From Botryllus schlosseri (taxonomy: Eukaryota): a DNA stretch of 64,000 bases. Within the stretch, counting starts at the first letter, position 1. Every line of letters begins with the position of its first letter. Shown here piece by piece: positions 13,023-27,893 of this stretch. The position numbers and the translations under genes are program-made. The DNA is taken from positions 17,176,001 through 17,240,000 of the forward strand of contig CM119372.1 of NCBI GenBank assembly GCA_051294905.1. Direction: 5' to 3'. Below the pieces are notes generated by a model, which did not search any database, had not been told where the DNA came from, and was given only the letters and a program-made list of their open reading frames with translations.

Positions 13023-13185
13023 GTGAAATATATAAAATTGCTTGCATGAGTGGAATATACGACACAGAGGACTTGATCATGATGACTTCAGTTCAGCTCA
13101 GTTGATTAGGAATTCATCAGAACGAATAACACCACAAAATTGAGATACAATAAACAGATAAGAAGGAGCTCGTTCGTTTATGTAT

Positions 13186-14115
13186 CAGTGTTGGGATGAC
13201 TCGAGTCATGACTTGACTCGAGTCAGACTTGAGTCACCTTTTTCGTATGACTTGACTTGACTTGAATCGGTGTATCAGAAATGTGGATTGACTCGTGACT
13301 CGGAGCAAAATTCACGAGTCAATTTCAAGTCATCAAGTACTCGGTGTCGATAAAATCACTGTATTTTGCATATGTTCCGATTGTTCGCGACACGATGGTG
13401 TAACCCGCGAGAGCGACCAATCATTCAATGATCGTGCGTTTTACTGAGTTGTCATTGTTCTCTCAACAAATTGATCACAAACGAAGTGATCAAAGCTTAC
13501 AGCTTACGTTCTGTCGTAAACTAGTAGTAAAGTAATTTAACAGCAAAATATATATTTCTCTTCTCTGTTCCTACCTTAACCAAACCTCTTATTTTATTGA
13601 AACTGAATTTGAATATAGTTTATATACTCCTCAACCATTGGCACAGGCTCGAATTATATCATATCAATATTTATAAATGGGTATTGCATTTTATAAATTC
13701 GTTTCTCTATTTTCTATTTTGGCTAATAACTATAAACTGAGGCTATGCAATTACGTTGTTTAACAGTTATGTGTATATGTAAGCGATACAGCGCCTTTTT
13801 AACGTATATTTAACTCTATATTCGTTCATCGGATCAGAATCAATGATCACTCAATTTGTATTTCAGACAGCTAGCAAAATGCAATGTCGTACTCATGCCT
13901 CATACTTCGAAAGCGCAACTTGACTTGAATTGTGACTTGACTCGTGACTTCACTTGACTTGACTCGACTTGAATCGAGTCACCTCCAAAAATCGAGTGAC
14001 TTGACTTGACTCGAGTCACTTTCGAAAATCGAGTGACTTGACTTGACTCGAGTCAAAATGTGCAATGACTCGGACTGACTTGTGACTCGAAGGTAGTGAC
14101 TTGATCCCAACACTG
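13186..14115. mobile_element. hAT-like non-autonomous element with GACTT/GACTC arrays, copy 1
   Basis: TIR cagtgttgggat/atcccaacactg with flanking direct repeat atgtat. Full-length paralogue at 35718-36596. Confidence 0.9.
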
Positions 14116-14234
14116 ATGTATTGCATATTTATTAGAACACGCGCATCACGCTTGGTGAAAAGCTCAACCTTGACTCATCTGCTCAAGAGTCGACTTTTAT
14201 CAAAATACGCCAGTCAAGGCTGTGCCAACAAAAA

Positions 14235-14430
14235 GAGTTCGTGTACCATCTAAAAATAGTACATTGAACGTTCTCGTATTCGAAATTTCATGCTGGTGAC
14301 ATCCTATTTTGTGACACGACTGTTGATATACGGTATTCTTTTGAATTCTCTACTAGTTGCTGACGACTACCCCTGACGAGTGTCAGCCAAAAATATTCGG
14401 GTCCATTTCAATATGAATATAGTATTCAAT
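14235..14430 (+). repeat. ~195-bp dispersed repeat with an inverted copy at 16126-16316
   Basis: gagttcgtgtacca...gtattcaatt is the reverse complement of aattgaatagtata...tggtacacgaactc. Confidence 0.8.
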
Positions 14431-15016
14431 TTTATGTATTGTATAGTTTAATTTTTTTAAATTCAAAATATCACGGGATTGCGTTATAATTCAGAGATAG
14501 AAAGGTATCGAAACCAATTAGAGTAGTACGCCGATTTGAAATCACCCACCCACCTTGATCTAGAGCAGTGGTGTTAACTACTGGTCTAATCTAAGGTTCA
14601 ACCTTTTTTGCTAATCGCGGTCGCATTTCAATCGCAGAGTAGGACAGCAGTCCAGCAGACTGTAGTAATTAATAGTCAATAATCGTCAGGTTATATCAGT
14701 GGTTCTCAACCTTTTTGGACTCGCGGCACCCTTTCAAAATGAAAAATAGTTCGCGGCACATCAGCTTATACTGGTTTTGAAATAGCTCGGCGGTTTGTCT
14801 GATAAGTGTTTATGCTTTTTAACAAGTGCCATTTCAATTTACTTGGCACAATAGCTTCATTTGACAATTTTGCATGACAGAAAAGGCAATCTGGTTTAGG
14901 TTGCGATTCATCATCTCCCATATTTAGATAACTGTTGCAATATATGCGTGCTCTCTAGCTTTCTTTTCTAATGTACCGCCACTTCCAAAATCTATTTTCT
15001 TTACTGCAATGACGAT

Positions 15017-16924
15017 CAGACATGGGGTAATCGTGATTAGTAATCGTAATCGATTACGACGATTGCAGCATTTCCAAGTAATCGTAATCGCAATCGATTA
15101 CATTCGAAAAAAATCCGAAGTAATCGTAATCGTAATCGACTACTTCACATATCTAATCGATTTATTTGTGAAATTGTACTTTTCAGTTATGCAATGCCCA
15201 TGACATAAAGTGAACATGAACATTCGTGAACAATGAAGAGTGCGATTTAAAACAGGTTTTGGAGAGCAGAAATGTCGGATTGTCAAACGCCTCCGCTCAT
15301 TATTGCGTCACAAGTATTAGCTTGGTTCTTCATTGCGTAACGAAATATCCGCACATAGTAAATAGATATTCGATATACATGTAGTACTGTGATCGTAAGA
15401 ACACCCGCTATGCATTATGTCAGGTTATCAATACACTGCAGACGCCGCTACCTCGCAGCAGGAAAATAATCACTGCTCTGCCTAGTTTCGAATAGTAACG
15501 TATGCACTATGTATTGATGTTTTGTTATGCTTAGGTAAACGCAGTTCGACCGTTACTGATTGGCGAGCGGTAGGCCTATTTACTTATACACCGGGTAAAG
15601 ATTTGAAATTTTGACATGACAATTTCTACATCGAAGCATTAAAAACCAACGGCTGCTGATAAAAAATCATAACCGAGCCGTTATTCTCCGTTACCCGTAT
15701 AACGGTAGCTCGGAATATCTGTAATAAGTGGATTGTAGGCAGAAGTCTATGTTTACCTTATCATATTCTCATCCGGCCCTACTTGAAACGGGCAACAATT
15801 TCTATTTCGCAATTTTATACTCAACATATGATCTGCCACTTTAGCCATCCACTTACACACCGTGTTAGCGTGGATTGCAGCTAGAATCAGTACCGAAACA
15901 GCATTTCGATACCCCCCTTCGAAGGCGATCAATAAAACTTCTGGCGGGTGAAGTCCCCCAGACCCCCCTTAACGACCGGGATTTTCACAAGAACTGGAAA
16001 ACACTAGTTGATGCGATACGGATTCGCTGTGTATTTGCTGTCAAGTCGCGCCAAGCGCGAATATTTAGGCACGTAATTTACAACTATAACTGTAGAGCTT
16101 CTTGGAGGTACAGAACTTCAATATACAATTGAATAGTATATTCATATTGAAATGAACCCGAATATTTTCGGCGGACACTCGTCAGGGGTAATCGTCAGCA
16201 ACTAGTAGAGAATTGGAAAAAACATTGTATATCAACAATCGTATCACAAAATATGACGTCACCAGCATGAAAGAGAGAGCGTTCAATGTACTATTTTTAG
16301 GTGGTACACGAACTCCTTCTGTACTATAACTGTATTGTATGTTGGTAATTCTGACCTCCTTTCTGCTGTATAATAAAAAGATATTGGAGTCGCCCTAACG
16401 TAGCAGACGATAAAACTAAACGAAAAACTTTCGTGAGTCGCACCCAGAAACTGTCATTTCTACACGGGGTTCATCATTTTCCTCAGTGGGTGAACCGGTT
16501 GGCATTTGTATTGTCGTCGCGACCATCCAGCGCGGCTATGGACAATGAAAAAATACACAATGTTTCGGCCAATATAGCATGTCTTGGTGAGTCGCGGCGC
16601 GGTATTGGCCGGCACCGTAATGCCTATTTCTGTAAATCATTCAATGGTATAGTATGTCATATACAGGAAATGATGCCATGACGTCTCATTTAAAAAGCAA
16701 GACCTTCTCTCATGAGGCCTTTTCATCGCATTGTTGTCTTCCAAAGATAACCTCTAAGAAGCAAAATAAATGTAATCGTGAGTAATCGTGATTACTTTTC
16801 CAAAGTAATCGTAATCGTAATCGACTACTTGCGGATTTTGCTGTAATCGTAATCGTAATCGCGTGATTCAGAAGTAATCGTAATCGCAATCGATTACATT
16901 CATGAAGTAATCACCCCATGTCTG
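15017..16924. mobile_element. hAT-like non-autonomous element with GTAATC arrays, copy 1
   Basis: TIR cagacatggggt/accccatgtctg with 8-bp TSD atgacgat. Confidence 0.92.
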
Positions 16925-17255
16925 ATGACGATCACCGCTTGACTTACTTTCTTTCAAAATAAGCTTCTCCATTTAAATATTTCTAACAGTATACTTTTGT
17001 AAGTAAAGCATCCCACATATAGGCTAGTTTACTAAGCCCTGAAAAATGTCGTCGCATTCCTCGGGCTAGAATATAGTTCCTTCGTGACTTCAACAAGCAG
17101 AGCGTATTAAAGACGAAAGTATAAAGGGGTCATTTTGATTTACGACTTCACAGAAATATCGGACTGTGCTTAGATATACTATTTTATAAGATTTGTTTAC
17201 CAAACCTTGCACAATTCCACATTGTAATACGTAATCATAATGTAAATATTCGATA

Positions 17256-17283
17256 CAGGGATATATAGAACTATATATCCCTG
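17256..17283. repeat. 28-bp hairpin flanked by an 8-bp TSD (candidate excision footprint)
   Basis: attcgata[cagggatatatag-aa-ctatatatccctg]attcgata. Confidence 0.85.
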
Positions 17284-17960
17284 ATTCGATAGAAGGACAC
17301 TATGCTATATTCACACCGAAAAATCATGTCACCCTGAATTGCTCTAAGCGCGAAGATAATTAATCTCTCAAAAATTTGGGAGCCAATTCATAAATTCAAA
17401 ATGCACACAGACGGCCGACAATATAGGCTGATTTAACCATCTGTAGAAGGCCACATTGTTCTGGGCCACACGTTGGCCACCCCTGACCTATAGAGCATGT
17501 AAATAAGAAGCATCATGGACGTTGTACACTGAATGAAAAGTGATGGAATAAGATAACACAAAAATAACAAGCGATGAAAATAAAGTGGCATGCGTCGGTA
17601 CTCGTTATAGAGTTAATATATCAGATCATGATCCGATATTCTCGAGCGATCACTTCGCTGAGGTCGCTCAGGTTGTTAAATCCTGCACACCAAATTTGGC
17701 TCAATTCCGACCTGTATAGCAGTACAGCAATTCCAATTTGAAATTTCCGTTTAGTATTATTATAAAATCCTTGTGGTGCTATTTTTGGCATTTGCGGTTC
17801 GCCTAGTCGCGGCTGTAGCGCATTGCGGAGTGTCGGAGGTTTGACTGGCCTCCATCCCGCCGTTTCGCTGTTCTTGTAGCAGATGTTACAGCATCAGCAA
17901 GATAGAATCGGATTTCTGAGCTACAATTGTGGCGTTATGAAAAAAAAACACAATTGTGGG

Positions 17961-20060
17961 CAGACATGGGGTAATCACGATTAGTAATCGCAATCGGTTA
18001 CGACGATTACAGCATATTCAAATAATCGTAATCGCAATCGATTACATTCGAAAAAAATCCGAAGTAATCGTAATCGTAATCGACTACTTCCTATATCTAA
18101 TCAATTTCTTCGTGAAAGAACGATTACTTTTTATTTGTGCGTAAACTGAACATTCGTGAACAAGGAAGAGATATTATACCAGGTTAGCACAAATGTCTGA
18201 TTTTTAAACGTCACTGCACATTATTACGTCAGAAGAATTAACTTTGCTCGTCATTGCGTAAGAAGTATCCAGACATACTAAATAGATATTCGATGTAGGC
18301 CTATATTTTAGTGTGATTGTAAGAACACCCGCCATGCTTTATACCAGTTTATAAAATCAATACACTCCAGACGCCACTACCTCGCAGCAGGATAATAGTC
18401 ACAAGGTGGGTGTCTGATTCCATTGACAACTCCAAGTCGCTTCGACATCTTCCTGTCTTTTCATTGTATCGCATTTTTTTGTGGTGTATTGAACTGATAA
18501 AATTGCTAATAAACCAATGATAGTCACTCTCTTCCTATATTTTCAAATACTAACTTATGCGGTGATGTTTGGTTATGCCTAGTTAAACGCAGTTTGAATG
18601 TTGCTGCTTGGCGAGCAACTTACGTACGTACACCGGACAAAGATTTGAAATTTTGTACTCGTCAAATGAGACATCACGATTTCCACAACGAAGCATTAAA
18701 TATCAACAGCGCTGCTGATATGCATCATAACCGAGTCGTTCTTTGCCGTTTCTCGTAACGGCAGATTGCAGTATCTGTATTAAGTGGAACACAGAATTTT
18801 ATGTTTACTTTATCTTATTATCATATGACTCTACTTGAAGCGGGCACCAATCGTTATTTCGCAATTCTTTACTAAACATTTGGACCTTCCGCCATTACTA
18901 TCTGCTTATACACTATGTTAGTGTGGGTTGTAGCTAGAATCAGGACCAATACAGCAATTCGCCTTCCCACTCCAAACGTTGGTTTGGGCCCCCATAGGGC
19001 GGTCACTTTTCAAGTTGATGACTGAATTTCGTCAATAATATTGGTAATTGCATTATGTTACTACAGTAAATATTAAACCTCTCGCAGCCCCCGATGGTCA
19101 GATTTACCGGTAGAGCCGGGGCACGTAATTTATAATCATAATATCCAGTATTGTTAGAAATTACTTTATTTCATGTTGTTAATTCGTGAACTCCCGTCTA
19201 TTATATAATCAAAAGCTATTGTAGTCGCCCAGACGTAGCAGACTAAATGAAAAACTTTCTTGAGAGGAGAGACTACACACAAATCTTAATTCCTCTGTGG
19301 GTGCCCCGGATGGCATTTATAATGTGAGGCTCGGATTGGAAGGACTTTATATTCGTCACGGCTACCCAGCGCGGCTATTAATAATGGACACATAGGCCTA
19401 CCCAAAGTTTCGGCGAAGTTCTTTCTTTGGTAGCACACTTCGTGGAGTCGCATGTTGGCCGCCAAAACTGCATATGTATTTTGGTGTGTCGTGGCGCGGT
19501 AATGACCGGCACCGAAATGCCAATAAGTTATGCACGTTTTTTCCTAAGGGAAGAGGTATGCATTCCAAACTCAAGCTATCTAGAGACATTAAATCGCGAA
19601 GCTCGAATAAATTTTTTAATTTAATTAAATCTCTCGAAAATACTAAAATAATTAATGTTCATTTACGAAATACTTTTGTATACTTGTTTGGGGTGTGGCA
19701 GTTACGGACCTGGCAAGAATGCAAATCGTTGGGTGCGATAAATCGTCCCGGATAAAGTTAGGCAATGGGTACGTTATGACGTAACATGCAAATGGCATAT
19801 AATCTGTAAATAAATTTATTATCTCATTAGTTGTTTTCATCGCATACCTTGTATTGTTTTCCAATATATCTTTTAAGATTAGTTCTAAGAAGCAAAATAA
19901 ATGTAATCGTGAGTAATCATGATTACTTTTCCAATGTAATCGTAATCGTAATCGACTACTTCCCGATTTTGCTGTAATCGTAATCGTAATCGTAATGGCG
20001 TGATTCAGAAGTAATCGTAATCGCAATCGATTACATCATGAAGTAATCACCCCATGTCTG
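17961..20060. mobile_element. GTAATC hAT-like element, copy 2
   Basis: Same TIR, with 8-bp TSD attgtggg. Confidence 0.92.
18403..18519 (+). mobile_element. 5'-truncated non-LTR retroelement 3' end
   Basis: Absent from the other GTAATC copies, flanked by the direct repeat atagtcac, and ends near aataaa. Homologues lie at 60960-61115 (+, with (actga)n tail) and 30115-30305 (-). Confidence 0.75.
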
Positions 20061-20216
20061 ATTGTGGGACACTATTTCGTTGGAAACTCTGTGGCGACAC
20101 AGGGAACCCGTACCCGTACACATATGATTTCTCTTGACAAGTTCATAAATGTGTGTTTTCGTAACTTCTACAGAACAACATGCGTGAACCTCATTAATAA
20201 TGAAATACGTCTAGAC

Positions 20217-20861
20217 CAGTGGTTCTTAACCTTAAGTAAGCTGTGGAACACTTACGCTAATTTGCAAGCCTTCGCGGAACCCCAAATTCTCCCTGCGGCG
20301 TCATAAAAACAAAAACCTACCACAATACACATCTAACTACACATTTAGATAGATTACTGGTGTATAAAATTAACTGTGCATGAACAGAGTATTAAAAGTA
20401 CGAAACCATTTGAATGTAATTTTCCGTCGATAGGAAAATACTATAATGAATATTTATTGCTAATCAGTGTGACTTTTACTGTTCCGATTCAGATACCAGT
20501 TCAGAAATGCCAGAGGCTTCAACTTTGGTGTAATCATATTGTTCGGTCGAAACACAACAACGCGATACGGCTTGCTATAATTACAAGTGAGCTTATCCTT
20601 ATAAATATTGGAGATCGATTTGGCATTTCACAAGGACGGGGTTTCTGTAGTGACACGAGCACACGACGTATACCAACACGAGGGTCACAATTCGATTACT
20701 GCTCGGGACCTAATTGCCTGCAACAAATGATGGCCAAGATAGCGTAGGCTACATCATCACAAATCATATGTATGAGCTGGGTGTCTGTCTTGACCTCACG
20801 GAACCCTGGCACCGGCTCCGGAACCCCTAGTTTTCCGTGGGACACCGGTTAAGAACCACTG
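20217..20861. mobile_element. hAT (Charlie/Buster-type) MITE
   Basis: Perfect TIR cagtggttcttaacc with 8-bp TSD gtctagac. Confidence 0.9.
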
Positions 20862-21114
20862 GTCTAGACGGAAACGGATGTTTGATGTGTGCAAGATTAG
20901 ATAGTATATCTTGATGACTCGTCGTGCAAGGTGCAACTCTGTAATTGATTGTATAATGACTGCCTTAATTACAAAGCTTCCATTTTTTGCTCTTGGACTC
21001 ATATACCTAAGTTAAGCTTTATCAGATTCAACAAAGCTGAACTAATAAGTCCCTTTGGCCAAAAAAGAGACTTTACTCGCGTACCATCTGGAAGACCTTC
21101 GCGTACCACTAGTG

Positions 21115-24100
21115 CACTGTAAAAAATAAAAACCTCGATTTACCGCGAAATGTTTGGAAGCACGGTAGCCAGACATTTCGTGGTAATTTAACATTACCGT
21201 TGGTCAATGTAAATTGAACTTACATTCGTCCGGTAATCTCACTTTACACGCCAGACTGTAATGTTACAGTCACCTCCGGTATATCCAATCTACATTTTAT
21301 CCTGTATATTTGCCACTCAGACTGTAATTTTACCGCCTACCTACATACATGCTGTCTGTGTAAATCGGGATTACATACCAGCTTGTAAATTCACGTACAT
21401 CCCATATAATCGCAAAACAACCTGATGCTAAAATATCGCAAAAGCTTCTTCACAGCCCCAAAACGAGATTGGAACAAACTATATTCATTCATGATTCACG
21501 ATGAGAAGATTATCGATGGAAAAGTATTGCGGCTGGAGGTCTAATTCTTCTTTAGGAGACATGCAGTAACACGAGTGGTCTCCCACCATCGGCCAAACTT
21601 CCAATTGTTTCTCTTTCTCGTCCTCATTCCTTCTGTGTAGCTAGTATCTTGCAGCTCCACTAAAAAGAATTCATGCGTGAGTCGCTATAATAAGCAAAGT
21701 TCCTAACCTAGACATGACATTATAAAGACTACTAAGACAAAGAGGGTAACAAAAATATAACAATTTTAGAAGTACCGGTACTGATACATTGTGTGGTGAC
21801 GGCTCCGCCTTTTACATGATATAGCAGAGATTCATGACCTACTTCACCATGCACTTTATTGCATGCTGTTATTTCTTGACCCCCGATCAGGATTGTCCAA
21901 TGTCCAGCGTATCGGTAGTGGAAATATATTGAAATCGCCCAAATGTACCATAAAAAAATTCTTTCGTGAGGAGCACACGATTCTGATTCCTGGTCAGATT
22001 TAGAAGGGCGCTACTATATTAAAATCGAAAAATTAAGTTATGTTGAATTGCGTGGAGCGCGAAAAAAAATTCCAGAATAATTAAAATCTCTAAAAAAATT
22101 GGGAGTGAATTAGTAATTTCAATTTGCATGTCGACGGATGCTAACACATACTAATTGAATTAGATGTTGGCGGCCGCACAAATTCCCATCTCTGGCAGCA
22201 GGTTGCCCATCCCTGATCTTATGTCTTACGCCATTGAATCCGTATTCCAGTCTTCAACATTTTTGACAAATTTCCCCAAACTTGTTTAAAAATAGCAAAA
22301 AAACATTGGACAGGACATCAATTTGTTTCAAGGTAGGTTGCACTGAGACTAACCCTAATGCTGGTAGTGTCTACAGAGAACAAGGCGTCTTTCTGTACTG
22401 CCATGCCCAATTTGATCAGTTTTGGAATTGAATTGAACTAAATTGTGTTGATATAGGGTAGCTTATTTGAGGGCGAAACCGAGCAACCTATATTGCATTG
22501 AAGTCTGTCTTACGCAGTGCAGTTCGCCAGCTATTAACAACAGCTATCCAGCGCAACGAGCTTTAGGCTACTGCCAAAGCTATGAAGTAATGAATGACTT
22601 ACACGTGGGAATTCCTCTAAATCTTCAAAGAATATCACAAATTTGCTTAAATGAAGTTGAGCGCGACTGCTGGAGTTTGAATTCGGCGAGCTTTCTTGAA
22701 TACGAAATAAGTTTCATCTTCAACAATCGTCTTCTGAAAATGGTTGTGAAACACATGTTTAGTCAGAATTCATACAGACTTTGTCAATTTCTCGCGTTCC
22801 CCAGGTTGAGAACCACTGATCTTATGTATTGAAGCGAAAGGTTCCTCATTTGAGGTGGCATGTGTACCAAACAAATCTAGCAGTGGATGGAAACATGCCT
22901 ATGCTATGGCCCAAAATGACATAAACATACCAAAAGTTTCAACTACTCCGCGGCAGAGTATGTGGTGTCACAGGTCAGTATATAGGTCGACTAACATCCC
23001 AAAATAGAACAGAGAATGCGGCGAATGAAATATTTCAATCATGAAATCAAAGTCATCCCGGTGGTGTGCACAGTGGTAGATATTCAAGGTAACGAATACT
23101 ATGTAGTACTGTACCTTTTACGATGCGTATCCCAATCAGCATTCCTAGGAATCTTCAACGATCGTGTCCACTTTCTTCAAGCACAAGCTTCGCTCCACCC
23201 TTTGCTCAAATCTCTATAATGGCCAGACGACGATACGCCACTCAAACGATTTCAAAATAAGTGGTATTCATCCGCTGACATGCCACCAATAATATTTACT
23301 GGTCACTGCGTTATAATGTTTGATTTAGGTCGTTTTTTTTTACAGAAACATTTATCATTACATCTAGTCCTTTTCTTTCCCATCTAATTGCGTATAAATT
23401 GATATTTAGTCCATGTGATGTCACTACTTACCGTACTTACGTAACCAGACGCTGCTTGTGATGTCACAGTGGTGCGTTGGTTGTTTACTACGAATCTCAG
23501 AAAAATCAGTAACGCGTAACGGTAACCTAATGTAAGCTATTACAGGTCGCCTTGTTCGCCATTAACAACTGCTCAACTTAGCATGCGGCGCTGATATTTC
23601 TAGTTTCCCGAACAATATTATACATCCTAAACTGATATTCCAACTCATCAGTCCTATCCGTGACAACGAATGTAACCAGCGAGACCGGCCGATAGCCACA
23701 GCCTTATAATATAATATAGTGGCTATATCTACGATTGTCAGTTGTTTCTTTTACCCTACTATGTACTGTGCTGAAATTGGTACTACGGCCAACAATTTCC
23801 GTATGACAGACCCCAGTCTCGCGAACGAGGTTGAATCAGGTCAAATCACCACGAAAATGATATCAGTAACATTCAGTTCCACGTATACATTGGCTGCAGA
23901 GATTTTCAAGCTAATCAATTTTGCCAATAGCCTGGTAAACTTCAGAAACGAGTAACTGTCAGTAATTTTGCGAATAAATTCTGGAAACTTGACTTTAGAG
24001 CTAAATTGAGGTAATATTACATATCAAAATGTAAAATTACAAGCTACGCACAGTTATTGGCAGCTACCGGTAATTCGTTGCAAAATTTACGGAGATTTCC

Positions 24101-24128
24101 CAGTAAATCTACCAGATTTTTTACAGTG
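21115..24128. mobile_element. CACTG-terminated (EnSpm/CACTA-like) non-autonomous element
   Basis: TIR cactgtaaaaaa/ttttttacagtg with 2-bp TG duplication. It splits a hAT 3' end (cgcgtaccactagtg|tggtacgcgtaccacaggtt). Confidence 0.8.
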
Positions 24129-24770
24129 TGGTACGCGTACCACAGGTTCGAAACCACTGCCTTTGAGGGTCCCTGAAACGAAATCTAATTATTCTGAAAA
24201 TTAACATATTTTCATGCTTGGATAAGACAATCATTCAACTGAATCCGACCAATATGACGTTGAGCAAATATTGTTTTGATTGATAGGGAGGGTTTTGACT
24301 TGCTGCTGCAATACCGCCGCTATACAGCGGAGGCTTATTATCATCAAATATTGCAAAAGCGGAATGCATGAATTCTGAAGACCCATTCAGTAACATGTTG
24401 GATGGCAACGGTCATGCTCAATAAAAACAACACTACGGCCACTCTGCCACCATTACGACTCCGGATCCAATCCTGCACTCCTAGCGAAGAGCGTGTGTAG
24501 GCCTATATTTCCACCAGTGTACCACCCCCTGATATACGGGTGTGAATATACAGTACGCCCTATACACTCATGGCTCACGAAACCACAACCTACTTCGGAC
24601 TTATACAGCGACATAAATCGAGTACAACATTTAAATCCAAATTATGGATGAACGTATAGGAAAGCATGCACGTAGACGTATGATTTATGACTGCGACATA
24701 ATTCTTTAGTTAGGTTCTGTTTTCGTGCACCATCCTTTGGGCCCCGTTGGTCTGAATACACACTCTATAT

Positions 24771-25243
24771 CAGTGGTTCCTAAACGGTGGGGAATTCAAT
24801 GGTTTCTGGTGGGGAATATAGAGGCTTTCGGTAAACATTACGTACAGGACAGTCTACACATTTGCGGAGACACCTGCGCGATTACCGATACTAGCTAACT
24901 GCTCTGAAATGTATGTATCGAAAATTGTATTGCGTGTTGTTCACAAAAACTCATTTTAACTCCGGATAACCAAGCATGGCGTCACAAACGCATCCAGCAC
25001 GACCGGTATGACGTGAAATAACGCTTTAGCTAAATTTTGAGGGTTACCGGTATCGGTTCACAATGCGTTTTATGTTGCAGTTATAGGCGATTGTCTTGCA
25101 TACTGGTATGATATGATTGTGTATCTTGTGTACTCAAACAGCAAATAGCTGCTCCGTAAGGACAAAAGTTCTGGGTAGTGGGGGATGAAGACGCATAATA
25201 AATCTTAATTGGGGAATGAAGACAAAAACGTTGGGAACCACTG
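24771..25243. mobile_element. hAT (Charlie/Buster-type) MITE
   Basis: TIR cagtggttcc/ggaaccactg with TSD ctctatat. An older relative lies at 31151-31404 (TSD atatatgg/atatattg). Confidence 0.88.
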
Positions 25244-25548
25244 CTCTATATACTACTGAGGGCTGTTCGTTGTATCCTATCAATCATACGAAATATCAAT
25301 AATGCTGAAGAAACGAAAATGATACGATATGTTCGGCATGTTTATAACGCTCAAGAACATCCAATGCAGCACCGTGTTTGCTAATGAAGATTTCACACGA
25401 TAAAGAATCGATGAGTTTATTTCATGCATACAGCATTGGTGCTTATCGCCTATTAACGTCATGTGCTCCACGACAGTGACTTGATAATGTTCAGGGTCGT
25501 TTGCCTTCGTTATCTTTCGGACGTCTTCCACACTCACACGCTTCCAAC

Positions 25549-27893
25549 CAGACATGGGGTAATCGCGATTAGTAGGCCTAATTGTAATCGATTACGACGA
25601 TTACAGCATTTTCAAGTAATCGTAATCGCAATCGATTACATTCGAAAAAATTCCGAAGTAATCGTAATCGTAATCGACTACTTCACATATCCAATCGATT
25701 CCTTTGTGCATGAACGATTACTTTTTATTTGTACAAGGACCATAACATAAACTAAACATTCGTGAACAAGGAAGAGATATTATACCAGGTTCATTGATGA
25801 CACAAACTTCTGATTTTCAACCGCCACTGCTCATTATTGCGTCAGAAGTATAAGCTTTGCTTGTCAATGAGTAAGAAGTATCCACACATACGAAATAGAC
25901 ATACCATGTACAATGTACATTGTAGTGCGATTGTAAGAGCACCTGCCATGATGTATATCAGGTTACCAATACACTCCAGACACCACTACCTTGCAGCAGG
26001 ATAATAATCACCACTCTGCCTAGTTTCGAAAAGTAACTTATGTATTGATGTCTGTTTATGCTTAGTTAAACGCAGCTTGACCGTTGCTGCTTGGCGGGCA
26101 GTAGGCCTATGTACGTGTACACTAGGGCTGTTCAAAAATAACTTTTTTTTCTTCCGGATTCCAGCCGTTCACTGATTAAATTGTCAGGCTACCGTAAAAA
26201 ACGCTGCACACCACATTTGGTTCTATTCTAACAAGTGTAGGACTCCGCAGATCCAATTAAAATTTTTAATTTATAAGGGAAAATTAAAAAAATGTTCAAA
26301 TTTTCCTACCAACCCCATTTTTTAATTTTCCCTTATAAATTAAAATTTTTAATTGGATCTGCGGAGTCCTACACTTGTTAGAATTGAACCAAATTTGGAG
26401 AGCAGCGTTTTTTACGGTGGCCTGACAATTTAATCAGTGAACCGCTGTAATCCGGAAAAAAAGTTATTTTTGAACAGCCCTAGTGTACACCGAACAACGA
26501 TTTGAAATTTTGTACTTGTCAAATGAAAGAAACATTACGATATCCACAATGAAGCTGCTTATATATATCATAACCAAACCGTTGTTTGCCGTTTCTCCCA
26601 ACGGCAGCTTGCAGTATCTGTAGTAAGTGGAAGACAGAATTTTATGTTCACTTTATCATTTTCTCATATAACTCCACTTGAAACGGGCTCCAATCGTAAT
26701 TATGCAGTTAGGAACTGCCGCCATAGCCATCCGCTAATGCACCATGTTAGCTTGTGATACAGCTAGAATCACGACCAAAACAGCAATTCGCCCCCCCCCC
26801 CACTCTAAACGTTAGTCTTGGGCCCCATATGGTGTTCAATCTTCAGGTTGATGACTGAATTTTGTCAGGATATTGGTATTTACACATATATATTACCATT
26901 CATTTTTAATACTCTCTCAACCCCCCCATGGTCAGATTTACCGGTAGAGATGGGGGCACGTGATTCATAATTATAACATCTGATAAGTTGTTATAATTGC
27001 TTTATTGTATGCTGTTAATTCGTGGCCTCCCATCTGTTACATAATCAAAATATATTGTAGCCACCGAAACATAGCAGACTAAACTTTCGTGAGACGCATT
27101 CACAAATTTTCATGTCTTCGTTTCTCTGTGGCTGCCCCTGGTGGCATTTGTATTTTGGTGCTCGGATCGAAAGGTGATGACTATTCGTTACGCCCATCCA
27201 GCGCGGCTATTGACAATGGACAGTGGACACATACTCAAAGCTTCGGCCTAGGTCTTTCTTTGGTAGCGCACTTCGTGGAGTCGCATTTTGGCCAAAATTA
27301 CATGCGTTTTGGTGTGGTGCCGAAATGCCTATTCCTATAAATTAGGCATGATTTTTTTCTTGAGAGAGAGACTTATGTATTTTAAAATCAAGTTATTTAG
27401 AGACAATAAATTGCGAAGCTCGAAGAAAATTTTCAAGTTAAATAAATCTATCGAAAATACCCTATATAATTTATGTTGATTTACGAAATGCTTTGGAGAC
27501 CCCCTCGAGCTCGCTCCCCACCATATTATGGAGTTTGGGGTGCGGCAGTTACGGACCTGGCAAGAAAGCAAATCAGTGGGGCGATAAATCGTCCCCTATA
27601 TAGTTAGACATTCTGTACATCATGTCGCAGCAAGCAAATGATGTATTATCTATAAAGAAAGTTGTTATCTCATTACGCCTTCTCATCGCAATCATTATAT
27701 TGTCAACCAATATATCTTCTAAGATTAGTTCTAAGAAGCAAAATAAATGTAATCGCGAGTAATCGTGATTACTTGTAATCGTAATCGACTACTTCCTGAT
27801 TTTGCTGTAATCGTAATCGTAATCGTATCGCGTGATTCAGAAGTAATCGTAATCGCAATCGATTACATTCATGAAGTAATCACCCCATGTCTG
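25549..27893. mobile_element. GTAATC hAT-like element, copy 3
   Basis: Same TIR, with TSD cttccaac. Confidence 0.92.
26123..26482. mobile_element. Foldback MITE (TAGGGC termini, hAT-like) nested in GTAATC copy 3
   Basis: Near-perfect 360-bp palindrome with 8-bp TSD gtgtacac. Related to 48889-49519. Confidence 0.9.

Noticed and set aside
15009..25750. Similar ORFs RHGVI.ISNRNRLRRLQH at 15009, 17956 and 25463, and antisense at 19652
   Set aside because: These are translations of the GTAATC TIR and micro-repeat arrays, not a protein family.
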